DNA from: Anaeramoeba ignava BMAN
Lineage: Eukaryota; Protista; Anaeramoebae
Length of the DNA: 64,000 bases
NCBI GenBank assembly: GCA_028826165.1
Contig: JAPDFW010000083.1
Coordinates: forward strand, 186,001-250,000
Direction: 5' to 3'
Each line of letters opens with the position of its first letter. The stretch's first letter is position 1. The position numbers and the translations under genes were made by a program. Of the stretch, positions 1 to 14,496 are shown piece by piece. A model generated the notes under the pieces. It was not told the origin of the DNA. It did no database searches and saw only the letters and a program-made list of their open reading frames with translations.

Positions 1-2646
1 TTTTTATTATTAGAAAAAATCAAATTTTCCAGTTGGAAAAATTCATATTTCTATCTCTAAAATTTATCCAAATGAAGAACCAAATATTGAAGAATATCCA
101 ATTCAACTTAAAAATGAAAAAGTATATCAACCAACTCTTGTGATTGCAACTCGACTTACAACAAATAACAAATTTAAAATTCGACCAAATTTATTAACAA
201 TACCAATCATTCTTGAAAAAATTGATTATTTTGAAGCCAAAAGAAAAGGAGAAGAAAGAGAAATTTATTCATCTCAAAAATATTCAGAATTCACTAATTT
301 AACAAGTTTAGTTTCAATAACAGAATATGGTTCAGAAAGTGAAAAACAAAGTGATTTAGACAGTAAAGAAATTGATAACGAAAATTTTCCTGCTCTTTTA
401 GAAGATCTCCAAAAACTTCAAAAACATTATGAAGATCTTAAACTTCATGGAGCAAATACAAAAAACGGTGAACAAATAACTGAAACAACACAACCCAAAA
501 AAATAATAAAAGAAAAATCAGTTCCAGTAATCATATCATCTCCATCTTCAAAAGAATTAAGTTCTTTTAGTGATGATTTACTTCCTAAGGATGATAATAA
601 TAATGAAAATAATAACAATAATAATAATAATGAAAATAATGAAAATAATGAAAATAATAATGATGATTTACAACAAAATCAATTTGAAATATCACAAGAA
701 AAAAATCAAAATCAAAATCAAAATCAAAATGAAAATCTTGACAAAATTCATAAAATAAATGATTTCAAAATTGAAAATAAGCCACCAGTAAACATCAATA
801 ACATTTATTCAGATATTGATTTAGTTTTTGAGTCTGTTGACGAATCTCAAAATTTTGATCAATTACAATCACAATTTGAACAGAAACAAAGTTCATTAAG
901 TAGAGAAGTAGAAAGCATACAAACATCTCAAAGAACTGAATCAGCTAAAAGAAGAAGGTTGATTGAAGAACAAAGAGATGGAATTGAAAAAAATAAATTG
1001 AAGATTATCCGTCTTAATGGACAATTACGTTTAATAGAGCTTTTAAGAAAAGAACGTTTTTTAATTGAAAACACCCTTTATTTTAATGAATATGGTTTTT
1101 CAAATGGATTTCCTATTTCAGTTTGTTTGATTATTAAGTTTTTAATTAAGTTTCAAGCTTTTTCCTTTCAAAATCAAATTTTATCTTCTGAAATTGCAAA
1201 TTCATTTAAATTACTTATTCGTGTTTCCAGAAAAAGTGAAGAAGAAATTGTTAAATTCACTTCTTTTTTGTTTTTTTTTCTAAATTGGGTATATCAAGAA
1301 ATTAAAGAAGGAATTGATTCAAAACAAAATCAAAATCAAAATCAAAGTGAAAAACAAAATCAAAATGAAAATCAAAATCAAAATCAAAATCAAAATCAAA
1401 ATCAAAAGTGAAAATCAAAGTGAAAATGAAAATCAAAATCAAAATCAAAATCAAAATCAAAATGAAAATGAAAATGAAAATGAAAATGAAAATGAAAATG
1501 AAAATAAAAATGAAAATCAAAATAAAAATGAAAATGAAAATGAAAATCAAAATGAAAATGAAAATGAAAATCAATTTGAAAAACAAAAACAAAATATTAT
1601 ATATCAATTTAAAGAAGAAATAATAGATCTATTTTCTGAAGTATTAAGTTATTACCTTGTAGTAATCTCAAACCAAACAAAATTTTTTATTCGAAGGATA
1701 TTTTTCGGAACATTAAATCGAAAAAGCAAATCTCAAAAATCAAGATATGAAAATCCCAAAGAAAGAGAAAACCTTTTAGATTACTTTTCAGTTGAAGAAT
1801 TAATCAATCATTTAGAAGAAATAATTTATACACTGAGTTCAAATTTTATTCCAAATGAAATAATTAATATATTTCTTGATTATCTTTTTGAAATTGTTGA
1901 TGATGCAATTATTTCTAAATTATTAATTTTCTCAAGATATTGCAACAAAGAAAGAGGAGAACATATTGATTTATGTATTTCAAAAATAGATGATTGGTGT
2001 AATAAAAATGGACATTCTAATTTAGTGTATTTTTTATTGATAATTTTTTCAAATCAAATAATTGTTTTTGTTTTTTGAATTAATTATAATTATTATTATT
2101 TACTTTAATATTAATAGTCAAAAATTATCTCAATCACGTGAAATTTCACAATTATTTATACAAAATTTTCAATCGTTACTTTCTCCAAATTCAATTAAAA
2201 CATCTTCTATTTCTCAAGATAAATTTGCTCAATTAAAAGAAAATTTTGGAATTATTGAGTAAATAAAAAAAAATCAAAATAATATTTTAATAATATTTAT
2301 TTATTTATTTATTTACTAACTAATTAATTTCAAAAAAAAACTATAAATAAATTCATAAATATAACAAAATTCAAAAAATAATTAAAGAAATACTCCTAAA
2401 CCAAAAACATTAGTTGATCAAATTGAGACTCAAAAAAAAGTTGAACCTGAAATCAAGCTCAGTTTAACTAAAAAAAGTTTTAATTATTTTAAACAACAAA
2501 TAAAATCTATGAATTTTTCAATTTATTCAATTGAAGGTTGGGATAGAACTCCAATTCCAAAAAAATTAAGTGATCATCAAGAATTTGGATTTTTAAGTGA
2601 AACTGATGAAATATTAAGAATGCATTTCAGAGATTCAAAAAAATAA
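1..2646 (+). CDS. Coiled-coil + Dilute (DIL) domain protein, possibly with N-terminal C2-NT; 5' partial, multi-exon
   Basis: ORFs 140-1411 and 1314-2078 join across a frameshift in the NQ repeat (~1405). The C-terminal part IINIFLDYLF...SKLL...YC...GEHI...ISKIDDWC...KLSQSREISQLF resembles a DIL domain. Short GT-AG introns near 2025-2118 and 2259-2340; stop TAA at 2644-2646. Confidence 0.55.
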
Positions 2647-2868
2647 TTCAGGAAAAAAAAACAAAGAATCTTTTTTAAAAATAATATTTTGGAATAATCT
2701 CCTTTTTTTTTTTTTACTTTTTTTTAATCTTTTTTTAATCTTTTTTTAATCTTTTTTTCCTTTCTAAATCAAAAATGAAATCAAAATTAATTTTTTTCAT
2801 TTTTCATTTTTCATTTTTCTTTTTTCATTTTTCATTTTTCATTTTTCTTTTTTCATTTTTCTTTTTTC

Positions 2869-5800
2869 ATGTAAAAAAATAAAAATAACAAAAATAAAAG
2901 CTTAATTTATTTTGATTTATTAAATTTTCTTACTTAAAATTATTTTCTAATACTTTTTTCTAAATTAATTAGGAGATCTATTTATTTTTATCAAAAAGAG
3001 AATTTAAACCATTTAAATCAAAATACAAACCAAAATTTAAATCAAAATTCAAACCAAAATTTAAACCAAAATACAAACCAAAATTCAAATCAAAAATTAA
3101 ATGAAAATTTAAATGAAAATTTAAATCAAAATTTAAACCAAAATTCAAATGAAAATTCAAATGAAAATTCAAATGATAAATTAAATCAAAATACAAACCG
3201 AAATTTAAATCAAAATTCAAATCAAAATTTAAATGAAAATTTAAATGATAAATTAAATCAAAACTCAAACCAAAATTTAAACCAAAATACAAACCAAAAT
3301 TTAAATCAAAACTCAAATCAAAATTTAAATGAAAATTCAAATGAAAATTTAAACCAAAATTCAAATCAAAATTCAAATCAAAATTTAAACCAAAATTCAA
3401 ATCAAAATTTAAACCAAAATTCAAATGATAAATTAAATCAAAATTTAAACCAAAATTCAAATCAAAATTTAAACCAAAATTCAAATCAAAATTTAAATCA
3501 AAATTTAAATCAAAATTCAAATCAAAATTCAAATGATAAATTAAATCAAAATTCAAATCAAAATTCAAATGATAATTTAAATCAAAATTCAAATGAAAAT
3601 TCAAATGAAAATTTAAATCAAAATTTAAATGAAAATTCAAATCAAAATTCAAACCAAAATTCAAAATCAAAATTTAAATCAAAATTCAAATGATAATTTA
3701 AATCAAAATTCAAATGAAAATTCAAATGAAAATTTAAATCAAAATTTAAATGAAAATTCAAATCAAAATTTAAATGAAAATTTAAATGAAAATTCAAATG
3801 AAAATTCAAATGAAAATTCAAATCAAAATTCAAATGAAAATTTAAATGAAAAAAAAGAATTCAAATTAATTCGAGAACAAAATAAATTAAATTTTCCTGG
3901 TGAAGAAATATATTTATTAAGTAAAAACTGGTATCAAAAATGGAAAAATTTTGTTTCATCAAAAAATTTCCGAAAAGAAAATTCACCAGGACCAATCGAT
4001 AATTCTGATTTAATAGAAAATCATAATAAATTAAGAGAAGGACTTTCAGAGGATGAATATTTAAAATTATCAAAACAAGAATGGGATTTTCTTTATTTAA
4101 GGTAGAAAGAAAAATTGATTTAAAAAAATTGATTTAAAAAAATTGATTTAAAAAAATTGATTTAAAAAAATTGATTTAAAAAAATTGATTTAAAAAAATT
4201 GATTTAAAAAAATTGATAAAGATATCCTGGTGGTATAGAAATAATAAAGAAATCTCATTTTTTAATAGATGATCCAAATTATGTTGAAATTTATCCTTTA
4301 AAAATTCAAGTTTATTTCGACAATAGCAATTTCCAATCAAAATATATCAATTTTAATAATAAAGATAAAATTATTGATGTCAAAGAAAAAATTAGACAAC
4401 TTTTTGGAATCAACAAAAAATGTATTTATATTTATATTTATATTTATATATTTATATTTATATATTTATATTTATATTATTTAGTTACTTTAACACACAA
4501 AGCATTTCTCTCAAGTGAATTAATAGATAATGAAAAAACTCTTGAGGATAATGGAGTAGATAATTTTTCGAAATTATTAATCCATATCAAAAAAAAAAAA
4601 AAAAAGTTAGTGATTCAAATTAAATTCATTTATTTATTTTAGTAATTTACACAAAAATTGTTTTAATGAATAGAATACAAACTTATAAAGAGATTAGTCA
4701 AAAATTAGATGATGATCCAAATTCAGATCTTAAATTACCTGATTTATTTTATTCTCAACATACAAGTCAAGAATATGATTACGATTACAATTACAATAAC
4801 AATAACAATAACAATAACAATAACAATAACAATAACAATAACAATAATGGTATTGATAATGATAACTATCTCTATAATTATTTTAATTCAAATAGCCAAT
4901 ATGATTATGAAGCAAAATATACAAAATGTGGATTAACAGGATTATTAAATTCTCAAAATAATTGTTTCTTAAATTCGACTTTACAAGCTCTTTTTAATAC
5001 AACACCATTAACTGATTATTTTCTCTCAGAATTATATAAGGATGAAATTAATACACAAAATCCGATTGGAATGAAAGGAGAAATTGCAGAGGAATTTGCA
5101 TATCTAGTTAGAAATGTAAAATATCAAGGAAAAAAAATATTGATATTTATATTTATATTTATATTTATATTGATATTTATATAATTTGCATTTTCAGATT
5201 TGGACAGGATTACATGAATCTCTTAGTACAATTAAATTAAAAGATCTTATCGGAAAATATGCACCACAATTTGCAGGAGAATCACAACAAGATGCACAAG
5301 AATTATGTGCATTTTTATTAGATGGATTGCATGAAGATTTAAATAGAATTTTAAAAAAGCCAACAACAGAACCAATCAAAGGATATGATCGACCTGACGA
5401 AGAAATTGCAAAAGAGTCTTGGGAAAAATACAAATCAAGGAATTCATCAATTATTGTGGATTTATTCCAAGGATTGTTAAAATCAACTCTTGTTTGTCCT
5501 GAATGTAAAATTTACTCAAAATCATTTGATCCAGTTATGTATATATCACTTCCTATTCCACAAACCAAGACTTGGGATTTTGATGTTACTTTTGCATTCC
5601 AAGATCCACAAAAAGTCCCAAGAAGGTATTCACTTCATTTTGAAAATAAATTATCATTAGATATTCTTAATCAAAAATTATCCGAATTAACTGGAGTTTC
5701 AAAGGATTCAATTTTAATTGTTGAAATTGAATATGGAAAAATTTGGCAGAAAATTACAACATCAAAGAAGATTAAGGAGATATTACCATTTGACAAAATA

Positions 5801-7568
5801 TTTGCATATGAGATTGGAAATTCAAATTTAAATGAAAATGTCAACAATTCAAAAATGATCCAAATTTTTGTTTCTCAATCAAAATTGCATTTTAATAAGA
5901 CAAACTTCATTAATCCTATTGAGAGGGAAAAAATTTCATATCCATTAGTTCTTTCATTGAAAAAAGGACTTATTCACAAAGAAGAATTTAATAACCAAAT
6001 TCTCAAATTAGCATCAAGATTCATTCCTTATGATATAAATTTAATTGATGAAATCCAATCAAAATTTAAAGAGAAGGAAAATTTAGCACAAAAAAAAGAA
6101 ATTACAAAACAACAAAAGAACGAAAAACGCAGAAAAGAAAGAGAACTCAAAAGAAAGAAAAGAGAATTAAAAAGGAAATCAATTTATGATATCGAAGGAG
6201 ATTTATCATCTTCACAAAAGAAAAGCCGAACCAATCTAGTGGATTCAAATGATGGACAAGGATATATCTTTTCTGATTCTAAAAATGATTATGGATTGAA
6301 TATTTCATCTCCAAAAAACATATTAAATCAAAATGCAATTGAAGAAACAATAATTCAGGCAATAGACAAATATGAAAACAGTAACAACAATAACAACAAG
6401 AGCAACCAAGAAGGTAGAGCAAAAATACTATCATTTTTTATGAGAATAGCATTTAAAAAGTTTATTAACAAACACACAAATACTTTAAATTTTGAATTTC
6501 TTTAAAAAAAAAAAAAAAACTAATTAGTTAATCGAATTTTAGAAACAAATAATGTTGATGAGAATAATCTTTTTCCAGATTCTTTTTCAGATTCTTTTTC
6601 GGATTCTTTTTCAGATGTCGATTATAATTATCAATTTCTTTCAAACCAAGAAATTCTCACTAAATTATGTGAAGAATCAGGATTTAAATATGGAGTTTGT
6701 CAACCCTTTTACAATATTTTCAAAAAAAGTGGAAATGGATTAAAAAATGAACTTGAAACAACTTTTGAAGTCAATGATGGAGATGAATTTGAAATTGAAT
6801 GGAATCCAAATTTAACCAAATATTTAATTTCAGATGAAATGTTTGAAAAAGAAGAAAAGGATATATCTTATAATTATGCATCTAATTTTACCAAGAAAAT
6901 CGATGAAAGCCAAGAAATCAATCTTCAAGTGTGTTTCAATAATTTTTTAAAGGAAGAAAAGCTTGGGAAAAACGATCCTTGGTTTTGTCCCATTTGTAAA
7001 AAAAATGTTCGAGCATCAAAGAAAATTGATTTGTGGAATTTACCCAAAATTTTAATAATTCATTTGAAAAGATTTTCTTTTGAATCAAATATTCGCTCGA
7101 AAATTAATGATTATATTGATTTTCCGCTTGATTTGGATCTCAATGAATTTTTAAAAAATCCACAAGAATTTCCTCCAAAATATCATTTATATGCTGTTGT
7201 AAATCATTTTGAATTCTCAAATGGTGGACATTATACAACATTTGCAAAAAATAAGATCCAGAATCGTTGGTATTGCTTTTAACGATAGTGTTGTTTATGA
7301 AATTGATGAAAATCAAATTAAATCTTCAACTGCTTACATATTATTTTATGAGAGAGAAGAACCAAATCATTTCAATTTTGAAAGAAAAAAACCGACAAAA
7401 GTTGATTTTGATTTACATTTCGATATTAACAATCCATTAGAAAAAGAATTAAATCAATTTGATGAAGAAAATGGAAATGGAAATGAAAATGAAATTGATA
7501 TTGATATTGATATCGATAATCAATATAATTTTAATGATGATTCAGATTTTCTTAATGATTCTCAATGA
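2869..7568 (+). CDS. Ubiquitin carboxyl-terminal hydrolase, USP4/11/15-like (DUSP-UBL-UCH), multi-exon
   Basis: DUSP ([15 protein letters not shown]...PGPIDNSDL), Cys box [32 protein letters not shown] Zn pairs and His box LYAVVNHF...GGHY. Several GT-AG introns; homopolymer frameshifts near 3663 and 7278. The start is inferred as AT|G split by intron 2871-2972. Confidence 0.9.
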
Positions 7569-7657
7569 AGAAAATTCAAAAATTTTCATTTTATTAAATT
7601 ATTTATTTTTCGTTTTTTGGTGTAAAAATGGAAATCTTTTCCAAAATGAATTTTTTT

Positions 7658-10600
7658 TTAGAAAAAATTTTTAAACGGTTCTTCTTCTTGGAGTGCATTT
7701 TGAACATCTTCTGGATCAACATTTAAAGAAATTTTTTGAAATAGGAAAGTTTTTCCTTCAATTAAAATTAATCGAGAATTAGCTATTTCGAATAAAAAAA
7801 TTAATTAAAATAAATTTAATATTTTTAAAGAAATTCTTTAGTTTATTTGAATTATTTTACATAAATTATTCAATATAATTGCAAAAGAAGGAATCAAAAC
7901 ACTTTCAATTTGATACAATCTGCAAAAACCCAAATAACGTTGAAACAAAATAGAAGTTTCAACAAAAACACCACCATTAACATTTAACTCTTTAACGATT
8001 GAAGAAATTGCAATTTTTTCATGAAGCGACAGATTTTGTATTGCCAAAACATAACCAGAAACAAGCATTTCTTGGATAGCTTTTGATACGTGGCACATTA
8101 AGACTTGATCCTTTTGATTTATTTCTTTATTTATTTTTTGATCCACTTTTTGATCCACTTTTTGATTTATTTCTTTATTTATTTTTTGATTAATTTTTTG
8201 ATTAATTTTTGATCCACTTTTTGATCCATTTGAGCAATTTCAATTGCACGACGGAAAACCTCAAGAGCTCTTCGAGCGTCACCTGAAACAGCAGCAATCT
8301 TTCGAGAACCAAGCTCGATTGCATCTGGAGAGAAGATATTAAGAGAAGCTAAACGGGAAGATACAATTTGAGTAATTTGTTCACGAGAATAAGGTTGGAA
8401 AGAGACATGAACTAATCCAAGTCTACTTTGTATTTTTGGAAGTAATTTTTCAGGAAGATCCATTGTGTTTGATATCCCAATTACGCTTAGCCTTGAGTTT
8501 TTAATTCTTGGCCAATCAAATAAATTGTAAACAACCTTTTGGTTTCTTGTTACTAAAAGATCTAATTCATCTATTATTAAGATCATATACTGTTTTTTTT
8601 CTTTTTGATTTTTGGATCCAAAAAAATTTGCTAAAGCATCTGGTGCTTTTGTTAGTGGAATTTTTTTGTTTTTGATTTTTTCATAAAGAGTTGTGTATAA
8701 ATGTTGTGGTGTTTGTAATTTTGCTGCGTTGATTTGAATCAAAAGAAATTTTGGGAATTTTGACTTTTTTTGGAGTCTTGTTGTTGCTTCATGAACAGTA
8801 GCTGTTTTGCCTGTTCCTGGCATTCCAGAAATGTCTAATATTTTTTGGATAAATTATTTTTTGAATAAATTATTTTTTGAATTTAATATTTTTTGGAATT
8901 AATTATTTTTTGAATTAATTATTTTTTGAATAAATTATTTTTTTAATTTAATATTTTTGGAATTATTTATTTTTGGAATTAAATATTTTTTGGAATTAAA
9001 TATTTTTTGAATTAAATATTTTTTGAATAAATTATTTTTGGAATAAATTATTTTTGGAATTAATTATTTTTTGAATTAATTTATTTTTGGAATTAATTAT
9101 TTTTGAATTAAATATTTTTTGGAATAAATTATTTTTGAATTAAATATTTTTTGAATAAATTATTTTTGAATTTATTATTTTTTGAATAAATTATTTTTGG
9201 AATTAATTATTTTTGAATTAATTATTTTTTGAATTAATTATTTTTGGAATTAATTATTTTTGAATAAATTATTTTTGGAATGAATTATTTTTGGAATTAT
9301 TTATTTTTTGAATAAATTATTTTTTGAATTATTTATTTTTTGGAATGAATTATTTTTTGAATTAAATATTTTTTGAATTAATTATTTTTGGAATTAATTA
9401 TTTTTGAATTATTTTTGAATTAAATTATTTTTGGAATTATTTATTTTTTGGAATAAATTATTTTTGAATTAATTATTTTTGGAATAAATTTATTTTTGAA
9501 TTTATAAATTCTAACATAAACATCTTCCATCTAAATTTTCACCAACTGATTTTTTAATAAATGAATATATTTGTTTCATTTCAGATTCTCTACAAGGTAG
9601 AGTTTCTGGAATTGAAGATATCTAAACGAATAAAAATCGGATAAATTTAAATTTTTTTAAAATGAATAAAATGAATAAATTTAAATTTATTTTTTACTTG
9701 TAATTTTTCTCGTGCAAGTTCAAAAGAATTAACTTCATTTTGTGATTTTATTTTTCGGTTTTTTTCTTGAAATAAAACTTTTGCTTTTCTCTTTTTTGAA
9801 TTTTTATTTGTTTGAGAATTAGTTTTTTTTGGAACTTCATTAAACAAACGAATTCTTGCATTTTTATTTGATTGTGATCTTGTTTGGATTCCTTGATGAA
9901 GAAGATATCTTGGTGAATTTGCTGTTGGTGTTTTTTGTGTTTCAAGAATTGATATTGCAATTTGTTGAGGTGTTTCTAATATTTCATGTAATAAAATTTG
10001 ATTTGATTCTAAAAGAAATCGAAAACGTGAAATGTAATGATTTTTATGTTTTAGAAATTTTTTTTCTGAAAAATGTAATTTGCATTTTTTGTCAAGTTTT
10101 TCAGTTTTAAAAATTTGAAGTGTTGCTAAATTTGAAGATTCTTTGATTTCTATTAATTCTATTTTAATCAATATTAAAATAATAAAATATAAAAATATTA
10201 AATATTAAATATTAAATATAAAATAATGAAATAATAAATATTAAATATTAAATATTAAATATAAAAATATTCAATATTTAATATTAAATATTAAATATTA
10301 AAATATTAAATATTAAAATATTAAAATATTTAATATTCAATATAAAATATTCAATATAAAATATTAAATATTAAATATTAAAATATTAAAATAATGAATA
10401 TTAAATATTAAATATTAAATATTAAATATTAAATATTAAATATTAAATATTAAAATATAAAAATATTAAATATAAAATATTAAAATATTAAATATTAAAT
10501 ATAAAATATAAAATATTAAAATATTAAATATTAAAATATTAAATATTAAATATAAAATATTAAATATTAAAATATTAAATATAAAAATATTAAATATTAA

Positions 10601-10962
10601 ATATAAAATATTAAAATATTAAATATTAAATATTAAATCAATTATTAACCATTCTGATATTTTGATTTGATTTTTGGAGCATTAGGATAAATCTTTTTGA
10701 AAAGATTAAAAGCAATGAAATATCTTCCTGAAACAAAATTTTGTTTTTCTTCTTTTATAATTTGAGTAATTTGAATAACTTGAGTTTTATGAGATTTTAA
10801 AAGAGCAAAATCTCCAATTTGAAACGTTAATTTTATTTTTGTTGTTTCTTTTTTCTTTTCTTTTTTCTTTTCTTTAATTAAAACAGAAGAATAATATTTT
10901 TTATTTCCTTTAATTTGATTAGGTTTTTGTTTATATTTAATTTGAACTGTTTGTTTTTTCAT
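7658..10962 (-). CDS. ORC1: Origin recognition complex subunit 1 (BAH-like N-terminus + AAA+ ATPase + winged helix)
   Basis: LPCRESE, spliced Walker A YISGMPGTGKT, Walker B IIDELDLL, YNLFDWP and sensor SGDARRAL; N-terminal FQIGDFALL BAH-like segment. Four GT-AG introns; the last exon reads ISLNVDPEDVQNAL...FF* with the stop at 7660-7658. Confidence 0.9.
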
Positions 10963-11055
10963 TTTAAAATGTTTTTTATTAAAGGCAGTTTGAAAATCAA
11001 AAAAAACAACAAAAAAAATTGAAAAAAAAAAAAGAATTTTGATTTAATTTTGTAA

Positions 11056-13446
11056 TTATTTCTTCTTATTTAATCTTGAAAAACGTTCTTCCTCTAAATT
11101 TTTTGTTTCTTGCCAAATGTTTCCATTTATTTTAATAGAACCATAACTTAAACTCATTAATTCAGTTAAATTTAACCATTGATGAAGATTATCAATTCTA
11201 ATCTCTTTTTGTTTTCTGTTTTCAACAAAATAATCTTCAATTTGATTTTTAATTTCTTTTTCTTGGAAAGAATTACCGAGATCAAAATTAAGGGAATGAA
11301 TATATTTTATGAAAGAACGAAAATGATTCAACAATTGATTTAATTCATTTTCATTTTGATTTAATTGATTTAATTGATTTAATTGATTTAATTGATCTAA
11401 TTCATTTTCATTTTGATTTAATTGATTTAATTGATTTAATTGATTTTCATTTTGATTTAATTGATTTTGATTTTGATTTTGATTTTCTTTTTTTTGATTT
11501 AATTGATTTTGATTTTGATTTTCTTTTTCATTTTCATTTTCATTTTCTTGATTTAATTGATTTAATTGATTTAATTGATTTAATTGATTTAATTCATTTT
11601 CATTTTGATTTAGATTTTGATTTTGATTTTGATTTTGATTTTGATTTTGATTTTGATTTTGATTTTGATTTTGATTTTGATTTTGATTTTGATTTTGATT
11701 TTGATTTTGATTTTGATTTAATTGATTTAATTGATTTTGATTTTGATTTTCATTTTGATTTTGATTTTGATTTTGATTTTGATTTTGATTTTGATTTTGA
11801 TTTTGATTTAATTGATTTTGATTTTGATTTTCTTTTTCATTTTCATTTTCATTTTCATTTTCATTTTCATTTTCATTTTCATTTTTATTTTCATTTTCTT
11901 GATTTAATTGATTTAATTGATTTTGATTTTGATTTTCATTTTGATTTAATTGATTTAATTGATCTAATTGATCTAATTGATTTAATTGATTTTCATTTTC
12001 TTGATTTAATTGATTTAATTGATTTAATTGATTTTCATTTTCTTGATTTGATTCATTTATCATTTCAACAATATAATCAGTTGAAAAAATTGATTTAGTT
12101 TCTGATAATATAATAACAGGATTTTCTAACTGAAATTCTAAAGAATGAAACTGAAAATCATATTCAATGACTTGATTTGAGATGATTTGTTTTATAACAT
12201 TAATATTTTTAACACCTTTTTCATTTAGTTTTCCTGGTGAAAGTTTTGTTTCATCAATTATTATAAAACTTCCTGGAGGTATCTGAAATACTCCTCCAAC
12301 AAGCTCATTGTTGGTATAATTTTTAAAAGGAATAAAATATTGAGAATTAAGGTCTTCTTTACTTGCTGAAATATTAATAATTGATGGAACTAATTTTTGA
12401 TAAATTTGGATTATTTTTTCAGGATTTGAAACATTTTTTAAATTTAAACTAAGCATCCCAATAACTAATGAATTATATCTTTTGCGAACACGCGATAACA
12501 TGTTCAATAAAATGTAAGTTGCTGGTAATTTATCTCCATAACAACATTCTTTTGCAATAAAATCTATGAGAAGATTTCTGGTGATATTTAAATCTGTTTG
12601 AGAATTTATAAATGTTTTATCAAATAAAGTAACTGAATAAACATCTTTCAATTCACAGAAATCAATGCAATGGAGACGAGGATAATAATTTTGTGAAGCT
12701 AACAAGAATTCATCATCTTCATAAAACTTGTATGAATCATCTTCTGTTTGATCAATTGGAGAAGAAATATTCAAAATTCCAGTTAATTTATAAATAGTGT
12801 TAATTTTGAAATTGTGCTCTTCATTATGGTTAGGATAAATTTTAACAAGTAACGCTTGATTTTCTTTTTCTTCTTTCTTTTCTTTTTTATCAATTTTTTT
12901 TTCTTCAATATCCATTTTTTCATTATAAATTTTGTAAGAATTTTTAATCCATTTTGATAGACCTGGAATTTCAACACATTTTAAAATGTTTCTTTGGAAA
13001 GTTCTCTTTTCGATTTTTTGATAAATTTGATTTAAATATTCTGAAGAAACTCCCTAAAATTATTTATAAAAAAACAATTTCAAAATTTAAATTTAAAAAA
13101 ATTTTTTGTAAATTTTTTATACTTTAGAATCGAAAAGAGGGAAATCACAATAAAAACCAGAAACAAAATAATTTGGATCATCTTCCTTTTGAATAATTGA
13201 TGAAAAATATTCAGGTTCAAGAACATTTTGAATCATTAAAATAAAAGAAACTAATTGAGATTCTTTAAATTGATATTTTTTTGAAAATTTAAAATGAATA
13301 GGAATTTTAATATTTTGTTTTAAATCATTTTCAAAATTTAATTTGACTAATTGAGGAAATTTTTCAATTTGAAAGTTATTTTGATTTTGGAAAGATTTTT
13401 CGAATAAGTTTTGAATAGTGATTAAAAAATTATTATTTTTTAACAT
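11056..13446 (-). CDS. MCMBP: Mini-chromosome maintenance complex-binding protein (MCMBP/ETG1)
   Basis: MIQNVLEPEYF, CVEIPG, PRLHC, GDKLPATYILLNMLSRV, IDETKLSPGKLNEKGVKN and YDFQF motifs. One GT-AG intron (~13054-13122) and a long in-frame N/Q/E insert. Confidence 0.88.
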
Positions 13447-13690
13447 TTTTTTTTTTAAAAATGAAAAAAATGAAAAATGAAAAAAATGAAAAAAATTTTT
13501 TCCGATTTTTTTTATTTTTAATTTTAATTTTAGTTTCAATTTTAATTTCAATTTTAATTATTATTTTTAACATTTTTTTTTTTAAAAATGAAAAAAATGA
13601 AAAATGAAAAAAATGAAAAAAATTTTTTCCGATTTTTTTTATTTTTAATTTTAATTTTAGTTTCAATTTTAATTTCAATTTTAATTTCAA
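13433..13690. repeat. ~127-bp direct duplication of the MCMBP 5' end / upstream region
   Basis: The segment ttattttttaacattttttttttaaaaatgaaaaaaatg...tccgatttttttatttttaattttaattttagtttcaatttt occurs at ~13433 and again at ~13560. Confidence 0.8.
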
Positions 13691-13827
13691 TTTTAATTTC
13701 AGTTTCAATTTTAGTTTTAATTTTAATTTCAATTTTAATTTTAATTTTAATTTTAATTTCAGTTTCAATTTCAATTTTAGTTTCAATTTTAATTTTAATT
13801 TTAATTTTAATTTTAATTAAAAAAAAA

Positions 13828-14496
13828 TCAATCAACTTTTTTATCAGAAATATTTCTCATTTTCAAAAATAATCTTGAAGACATATTCAAAATCAATCTA
13901 GAAAAAAGAACGAAAATAACTCCAGCAAAAGAACCACTTGAAGCAGTAATAATTAAATAAGGAAAAGGTAAAGCTTTAACAAAAGGATAAGTTGGCAAAT
14001 TCCAAAATTTTGATAAAACAGAAAGTGAACCATAAGAAGAACTAATTAAAAGAATTGAAATCAAGTCAAATTTAAGTAAAGATTTTTTTCTTAAATAATT
14101 CGGAAAAAATAGAAGTTCAAAAAAAAGATAAAAAATTGGAAAAGAATGAAGAATATGATTCAAAATCATTGGAATTCTTGTTTCATAATCATCAACAACA
14201 ACAAGTTGAGGATTTTGAAAATAAAGAAACCAAAAAGAAGCAACTGTAAAAATTGATGTTGAAAATGCTATTGAATAAAAAGTTGATAATGAAATTGTTT
14301 TTTTGCTTTGAAATGATTGGATTTTATTGTAACTTGCAATTGTGAAATATAAAGTTATTATTGCTTGATTCCAAAAAGTAAAAAAAAATAAAAGATCTTT
14401 TGCGAGATAATCTATTAAATACATCCATAAATATGCCCCAAAACAAGCTATTGTTACTCCAAAAATGTAAATGTTATGAATAACTTTTAAAAACAT
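13828..14496 (-). CDS. FAR-17a/AIG1/ADTRP-like membrane protein
   Basis: Multi-pass protein with FFTFWN (catalytic Thr position), FWFLY...P.LV, NHILHSFP (His position) and YPFV motifs. Confidence 0.8.
   Translation of the reverse strand: MFLKVIHNIYIFGVTIACFGAYLWMYLIDYLAKDLLFFFTFWNQAIITLYFTIASYNKIQSFQSKKTISLSTFYSIAFSTSIFTVASFWFLYFQNPQLVVVDDYETRIPMILNHILHSFPIFYLFFELLFFPNYLRKKSLLKFDLISILLISSSYGSLSVLSKFWNLPTYPFVKALPFPYLIITASSGSFAGVIFVLFSRLILNMSSRLFLKMRNISDKKVD

Noticed and set aside
4222-4230. ATATCCTGG resembling a second U12 5' splice site
   Set aside because: It lies just after a GT-AG acceptor and is exon sequence (R-Y-P-G-G of the DUSP domain); it lacks the TT of the consensus.
11340-12055. 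Intein in MCMBP or other replication genes
   Set aside because: The insert is pure N/Q/E low complexity with no Cys/Ser start, His-Asn end or Hint motifs.
13433-13690. Duplicated MCMBP 5' end (and the similar duplication at ~8110-8230) as a regulatory device
   Set aside because: It cannot be distinguished from local slippage or an assembly artefact; the upstream copy gives only a short frame.
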